In this document: positions 57,044 to 64,000 of the stretch, one piece after another
Layout: every line of letters begins with the position of its first letter
How positions within the stretch are numbered: position 1 is the stretch's first letter
Assembly (NCBI RefSeq): GCF_009914755.1
Contig: NC_060930.1
Source: the human T2T-CHM13v2.0 reference genome, Homo sapiens
Length of the DNA stretch: 64,000 nucleotides
Strand: one strand, 5' to 3'
Notes under the pieces: generated by a model
Seen by the model: the letters and a program-made list of their open reading frames with translations, nothing else
The model's database searches: none
What the model was told of the DNA's origin: nothing
Made by a program: the position numbers and the translations under genes

Positions 57044-58961
57044 CTGAAAGACAGAAACAACCAAATGGTCAAATACCTTTTGCCTTAGATTTTATAGGTT
57101 TATAAAAACCTAAGGGAGTAGAGTATCAGGTGATGGCAAAATAATTCACCTCCAGTGGGTGCCTTTTATAGTCTAGTCATTATGCTCTGAGTTTTACAGG
57201 TATATTAACATTTATCTCTTAACCTATCAAGGTAGATAGATCTCTAAATTTTGTTACACACATGACCTAATACAGGTAAAAAGAACGTCGGTGGTCACAG
57301 TCATGAGAGAAATTGGCAGAATCACTGCCAGTACCCACTGATGCTGTGCCAAGATTTATCATCTCCATTGTGGTTTGTTCTGTGCATGAACTTAGTGTGA
57401 GTCAAATGGCCAAAGACCTGCTTCCTAAGTAATCCTAAGAGAGTCCCTGGCACAGCCATGTCAGCCATATTCCTTGTCCTCTCTCATCATTTTACAGCTC
57501 CCAGGGCTGCTTCTATGCCCCATATTTGCAGTTCTTTCAATTACACCCATGAAACACATTTCCACAGCCCTTTCCATGTGCTGTTGCCCAACTCTAGCCA
57601 TGTGTGCCTTTCCTGAGACCCCACCTAAGAATCCCCTTCCCTGGTGAAATTCTCTATACAGTTACAACCAGTGCAAACTTTTCTTCTTTTGTGTCAAACT
57701 GGAGTTTCACAATACTTTTTAAAACAAGAACTTTATTGATGCATATTCACATACTATAATTGCCACCAGGTATATTATACTATTGAGTGGTTTTTAGTGC
57801 ACTCACAGAAATCTGTAAAAATAACCACAGTCTAATTGCAGAATTATTTTTGTCGCCCTGATAAGGACACCTGTACCATTAGCAGTATTCTTCTTTTTTC
57901 TCCAAGCCCCACTCCTTTAGCTCCAGGCAAGCACTAATCTACTTTCTACCTCTATGGATTTGACTATCTGGACATTTCATACAAAAAGAATCCTATAATA
58001 TGTGGCCTTCTGTGTCTTGTTTTTTTTATGTAACATGTCTTATGGTTTAACTGTCTTATAGCATGCATTAGTACTTCATTCCTTTTCATGACCAAATATC
58101 TTTCCATTGCATGGCTAAGGCACATTTTTCTCCTTCATTTATTGATTGATGGATATTTGAGTTGTTTCCACTTTTTGAATTCTATGAATATTGTTATTCG
58201 CATTATTTATTTATGTAAAATATATAGTGTGGATGTATTTTCGATTATTTGGGGATATACCTGTTAGAGGAACTGCTGGGTCATTGGTAATACTATATTA
58301 AAGTTTTTGAGGAGCTGCCAGCAGTTTCATTCAGGATTTATTTGGAATCATGCAGTCTCATCACAACAGCAAGGAGACCCCTTGGTTTTGCTGGTATTGA
58401 ATCAATCTGGCTGTTTTGTGCTTCTATCCATGTGTCAAGGTAACCCCAGCATCCTTGGTGCCAGCCTCTACTAGCCCTGCTCAAGTATTCCAGTTGATAT
58501 ACTTGGTTGGTAATTTAGGTTCCCGGTCATCATTCTTGGAATTACTGGGACCTTAGCTTTGGCGTCTTTGCAACTTTCCCTCCCCAGTCCTTCATCTACA
58601 GACTCTCACATACTCTATGCCTGTCCTAAACTGTTGGCCAGAGTCGAGCCTCTGAAGTCCTGAGCACCTGGAATCATGATTCCCCATCCTCCTCAGTTCA
58701 TGGTTCATCCGTGTTTGGAAATTACCGTGAGGTGCTGGATCCATGGACTGCATCCTCTTCTAGAATCACCCTTGCCTGAACCCTCCCCATGTTCACTGTT
58801 CCCTCATCTACATGGGACTCTGCAATACTGGACCTCAGCGTACATGCCCAAGGCCCAGCCTGCTGCTGGTCATGATGCCCTGCCATCGTCCCACCCACTC
58901 AAGGAAGGACCTAAATCACTCTGTGTTCTCTGTGGATGGAAGAACAGAAAATATACCGTAC

Positions 58962-59094
58962 AGGGCTCTCTCCTTTATGTCTTTCCCATAGAGGTTGTAT
59001 TTGCTGGCAATGTAGTTGAGAATGGCTCTGGTCTGCACCAGCTTCATCCCATCAATCTCAACCATTGGCACTTGCTGGAACATCAAATATCCAT
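58962..59094 (-). CDS. GSTA1: glutathione S-transferase A1, exon 4
   Basis: 133 bp, [43 protein letters not shown]. Confidence 0.97.
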
Positions 59095-59235
59095 CTTTAG
59101 AAGGAAGAAAAAAAAGGAGAGTGAAGTGTCTATGAAACCCACCCTTTTGGGATGAACAAATGGTTGTGGAAATGACTAAATTTGTAAAATGGCAAAGAAA
59201 TTACTGCCTGGTAAGATTTCACTTGAAACAAAAAC

Positions 59236-59325
<90 letters not shown>

Positions 59326-59333
59326 TTTTTTTT
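59236..59333. repeat. compound (TA)n(TG)n(TA)n(T)n microsatellite at an Alu tail
   Basis: Read directly from the sequence. Confidence 0.95.
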
Positions 59334-59610
59334 GGCAGAGTATCATTCTGTCACCCAGGCTGGAGTGGAGTGGCATGATCTTGGCTCACTGTAACTTCTG
59401 CCTCCCAGGTTCAAGTGACTCTCCTACCTCAGCCTCCCAATAGCTGGGATTACAGCCATGCACCAGTGCACATGGCTAATTTTTGTATTTTTACAAGCAA
59501 TAGGGTCTCACCATGTTGGCCAAACTGGTCTCAAATTCCTGAACTGAAATGATCTACCCACCTCAGCCTCCCAAACTGGGATTACAGGCATGAGCCACTG
59601 CACCCAGTCC
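59307..59610 (-). mobile_element. Alu in GSTA1 intron 3
   Basis: Paralogue of 17999-18294. Confidence 0.9.
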
Positions 59611-60355
59611 AAACAACATTTTTAAAAAGCTTCCTGTAGTTCTTCTTTTTCTTAAGAAGTTTCCTTTTACTTTTTATCCATTTATTTCATATATGTTTTT
59701 ATTGCCCCTCCAGATACATAGTGGGACTCTTGTATTTTTTGTGTTGATTTATCTTCATGGATATTTTAGGAAGAGGTTGGGACAAGTTACAATAGGACTG
59801 GCAACAAGATGCCATTTAAAACAGGAAGTTCCCAGAGTAAGTCTCATGGTGTTGTGACATTTAAGGCAGGTTCTGAGAGGTTTTTATGTAAGGGTCCCTT
59901 TCTGTGCTCTTCAAAGTCTGCGATATTGCTACAGTGTTACCCAGTCCCACTCCCCCCATGAAAGAAAAAACTCAAGACAGTGGCCACATCTATTCCTCCT
60001 CCTTTTGTCTAATGCATGTTCTTGCATGTGCTTGGATGGGGAGGGCTGTATGGGATCCTGTGCTGATGACCACCACTCATTCATGGTGCCCCAAGCATGA
60101 AAACAAAGAAAGGGCTTTCTCAGCGGTGGGAGATTGTTCCTCTAGCAAATACTCTGAGAGGTCTGGTCCTTTTAACCTGGAGAGAGTTGCCAGACTTGCT
60201 CAAGGAGCCACATCCCTTCCATTTTAACCACTTTTTCCCTCTGCACCATGTACAAATACCATGCCCCACACCCATAGACATTGCCGGCTGCGCAAACCTC
60301 CCCGTGTACCTTCTACTAGATACCCTCATCAGAGGAACTTAGAGATTGATCTTAC

Positions 60356-60407
60356 CATTTCTTAACTTGTCCAAATCTTCTGCAGATTTTATAAATTTCT
60401 CTTCAAA
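60356..60407 (-). CDS. GSTA1: glutathione S-transferase A1, exon 3
   Basis: 52 bp, FEEKFIKSAEDLDKLRN. Confidence 0.97.
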
Positions 60408-61950
60408 CTGGAAGCAGAAACAGTAAATACGTTCTTGTTAGTTCATTCTATTATAGACTGTGGCCTTGAATGGCCCCATCTGGTGCATCATTTGGAGAAT
60501 ACAAGATTTCTGAGTTTGGCAGGGTACACAGAGGGGGCTAGTCATGGCCATTTGGAAATTTAGACCTAATTCATTGAGAAAAGTGCATGGGTCACAGCAC
60601 ATAGCTGCTAAATCTTTTAGTTCACTTCAACTCCACCCTGATATGAATGTCTATGATTAGGTCATGTTTTGAGGGGGACATCACTGAAGAAAAGGCACTG
60701 AGCAGTTCTTCTAGTTATGGTGTTGTCATATCTTAGGAAAGCCTGTGTCTCCAAGTGAGATCAGACCACAACCTTGTGTGTCCCCAGCATGAGGCATGCC
60801 ATGGGCTAATGGCTATCAAACATTTTGCCACCAAGGAGCCTCTGCTGTAATTTGTATCGCCCCACTTCTCAGGAACCCTGCTAAGTGTGAAATAGGTTGC
60901 CACTGTTGCACAGCTTTCACACTTGCAACTGTAATTTTCTCTTCTGAAGTACGAGGCACAATAGGGTAAAATTCTCAATTTAATAAAGGAATTAGGGTCC
61001 CACACTAGCATTATTTTTAAGGAAAACCTCTGGTTTCTGATGTGGTTTTGTGGCATTGGGGAATGCTTGTGTGTTCTAGAAGCCTCCTCCCCTCATTTTA
61101 ACCACGTGTTTATTTCTCTGCATCCTCATAGACACGTAGGCTGCCCCAGGGCAGGGACTGTGTCTGTCTTGTTCACTATCTCCATGACCGAGTACAGAAC
61201 CTGGAATTAATAAGTGCTCAAGTAAATAATTGCTGTGAATGTAGTCAATCTTTAATAGGTAGTTTGTTACAATCCACTCCCTTCCATCTCTCATTTGTAG
61301 TTTGCATTTTACCTCTAATTACAATCATTTTTTAATATTATGCATTTTTATTTTTTTATTGTGGAAATTATGAACATGAATAAATATAAACAGAAAAGCA
61401 TAATGATTCTCCTTATACTTCTCACCTAGAATCAATAATTATCAATCAAAACCAATATGGTTTCATCTATATGCCCACCTACTTCTCCTCTTGTAATAAT
61501 TCCAAGGAAATCCCAGATCCATATGATTAATCCTTAAATACTTCAATGTGTTTTCCTAAAACACATTAACTATTCTAAAGACAGCCATAGTACATTATCA
61601 CACATGAAATATTAACAATAATTATTTCATGTCTTCATATATTCAATCGATATTCATGTTTCTAATTGTATAAATGTTATAAATTATTCTTTACAGTTTG
61701 TTTAAATTCTAATCCACTTAAGTTCTGCACTTTGTGATTAGTGTCTTAATTGTATTTTAATATGTTTGCTTTTAGATGAGAAGAGATTTTAAGAATTAAT
61801 AGGTCAAATCTGTTCATCTTTTTCTTAATTACAGTCCATTTTTATTTAAGGCACAATGCTTCAGTAAGCAACATCTCATAGTTTCTGTGGGAAAAGTATG
61901 TGATAACACAATTTTAAATCCAACTTAAGATGACCTAACTCAGAACCTAC

Positions 61951-62037
61951 CTCTACTCCAGCTGCAGCCAGGAGCCACCGGGTGGACTCCATTCTGCCCC
62001 GTGCATTGAAGTAGTGGAGCTTGGGCTTCTCTGCCAT
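61951..62037 (-). CDS. GSTA1: glutathione S-transferase A1, exon 2 coding part (exon extends to 62067; exon 1 is outside the window)
   Basis: [29 protein letters not shown]; FNAR and ESTR are the A1 forms; spliced CDS 669 bp. Confidence 0.97.
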
Positions 62038-63644
62038 GATAGCAGTCTCCTGGAGGTTTCTCTAAGCCTGAATGAATGAATGAATGAATGAATAATTGAA
62101 ACGATAGAATCAAAAATGTACTTTAGGATATGTAGTTGAAAACCACCAACAATACTGAAGAAGAACCTTCCTTCTTCATGACTGTGTTGGAGGAGTTCCT
62201 GGAATGTTTTCTTGGCTCAAATTGTTACCCAGCAGTGGCCACCCTCAGATTCCAGCAAACCAGTCTCAAGTCTTCATTGGCTAACTGTGACTTTTCTTGG
62301 CAGCATAAGAGGTGAGAGTATGTGGTAAAAATACATGTATAGGAGTTATTGGAAGAGGAAGAATTCAAGAACTAATATTTATTGAAAACTTCCTAGTGAT
62401 CCTTCCTCAATGCTAGTCCCTTTCAATATTTTATATCTTTAACCCTCCTTATAGTCCCGTGAAATGATTGTTATCTCCATTTTTTAGTTAATGAAATGGA
62501 ACATCAGAGAAATACAATGTTCACAGTCACACTCCGGTTGGTGATGGACATGAATATCTACAGCAAGGACTAAAATGAAGTCACTCCTGGAAGCCAGCTG
62601 GGTGAAGGCCCTGGGAACCCATGAACTGGCCATGAAACCAGAGGATGTCACTGACAGGGAGGACCGGCAGGGAGCTAAGTCACTCTTCACCTCTTTGACT
62701 GTGAGACTACATTTGATCAAAACCAGAAATTAGGCCTCAGACTTGTTTAACTGTAGCTAGAAGATCCAAAATCTATCAACAGACAGAGATTGTTAATCCC
62801 TGCAGCTTTTGTAATTCTGTATTCTAACTCTATGGGGTGCATTTTGTTTTATAAGCTGGAAGAAGAGATGTTGCTGCATTAATTTTGCAATATGGAAGGA
62901 GCTAGCATTTGTTCAACATCAGTTACATACTGGTCATTCTTCTAAACTTCTCTTCGTTTTATCCTACAAAAATCACCTAAGATGAATGCAGTTGTTATTC
63001 TCATTTTACATTTGAGGATACTGAGGTTTTTAAAGTAACTTTCTCAGAGTAAATGATGGATCGGGATGCAGACTCACTGCTGTTAAAAACCAAGGACTGA
63101 GTCTTATTTTCTATGTTAGTGTTTCTGAAATATGCATGGTAATCTTTCAGTAGATTGTGAAAGCCCATTACTTTTAAAAATAAAATAGAAAAGAATAGAA
63201 AATGTCAGTGAGCATGACATGTTGAAAGGTAAGTAATGTTTGATGAGTTGTTAGTTTCAGTTATTTGTATATTGTGTGTACGGATGTTTGCACGTGTGCA
63301 TGCTCACTTGCTCATTGTAAATGGTTAGAGAGAAATTGACTGGGCTCATCAGTGAAGTTTGATAGCCCTTGCTCTATCCCAGGCTGTTTGGGAGGTGGAA
63401 CATAGCAGAGTATCAGAGAATGAAAACCAGTGGCTGCAGGGACAGATGCAACTAATTGTATCATGAATGTGAATGGAAGGGCACAGGACTCATTGAAAGC
63501 AGGAGTTCCAGTGCCAAGACTTAGGAACAGTTGCGTTTTCTCTCCAAACCCCCAGCTCTGATATTTAACATTAAGATTCTTCTTGCAAAGTTTTGTGGTT
63601 GTTGAGTGTGGAACAAAAATATACTTGCCTTTAACAACTAATAT

Positions 63645-63950
<306 letters not shown>

Positions 63951-64000
63951 TCAACCAATGTATTTCTAAAAAGGTATGTATGACTAAAATTAGGCATCAA

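Overview
This is primate, almost certainly human, genomic DNA from the alpha-class glutathione S-transferase (GSTA) cluster. It holds four head-to-tail paralogues, all on the minus strand. From left to right: a pseudogene lacking exons 2 and 6 (probably GSTA7P, about 2.3-9.1 kb); intact GSTA2 (CDS 20730->13359, 222 aa, exon 1 and promoter near 26.2-26.5 kb); a second pseudogene lacking exon 2 whose remaining exons are still stop-free (probably GSTA12P, about 28-51.4 kb); and intact GSTA1 (CDS 62037->54635, exon 1 beyond the window). Mobile elements include two HERV-K(HML-2) solo LTRs, an LTR12C/ERV9 solo LTR, a full-length inactive L1PA, Alus, MaLR LTRs and MER53 MITEs. The most notable observations are a younger L1 3' end with a short 3' transduction fused into the older L1, a 677-bp tract that reads identical between GSTA2 and GSTA1, and a 1.8-kb poly(A)-tailed insert resembling a retrocopied mRNA 3' UTR. 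I found no evidence of a wholly new biological system. Pseudogene names, repeat subfamilies and identities come from recall and by-eye comparison, not from database searches or computed alignments.
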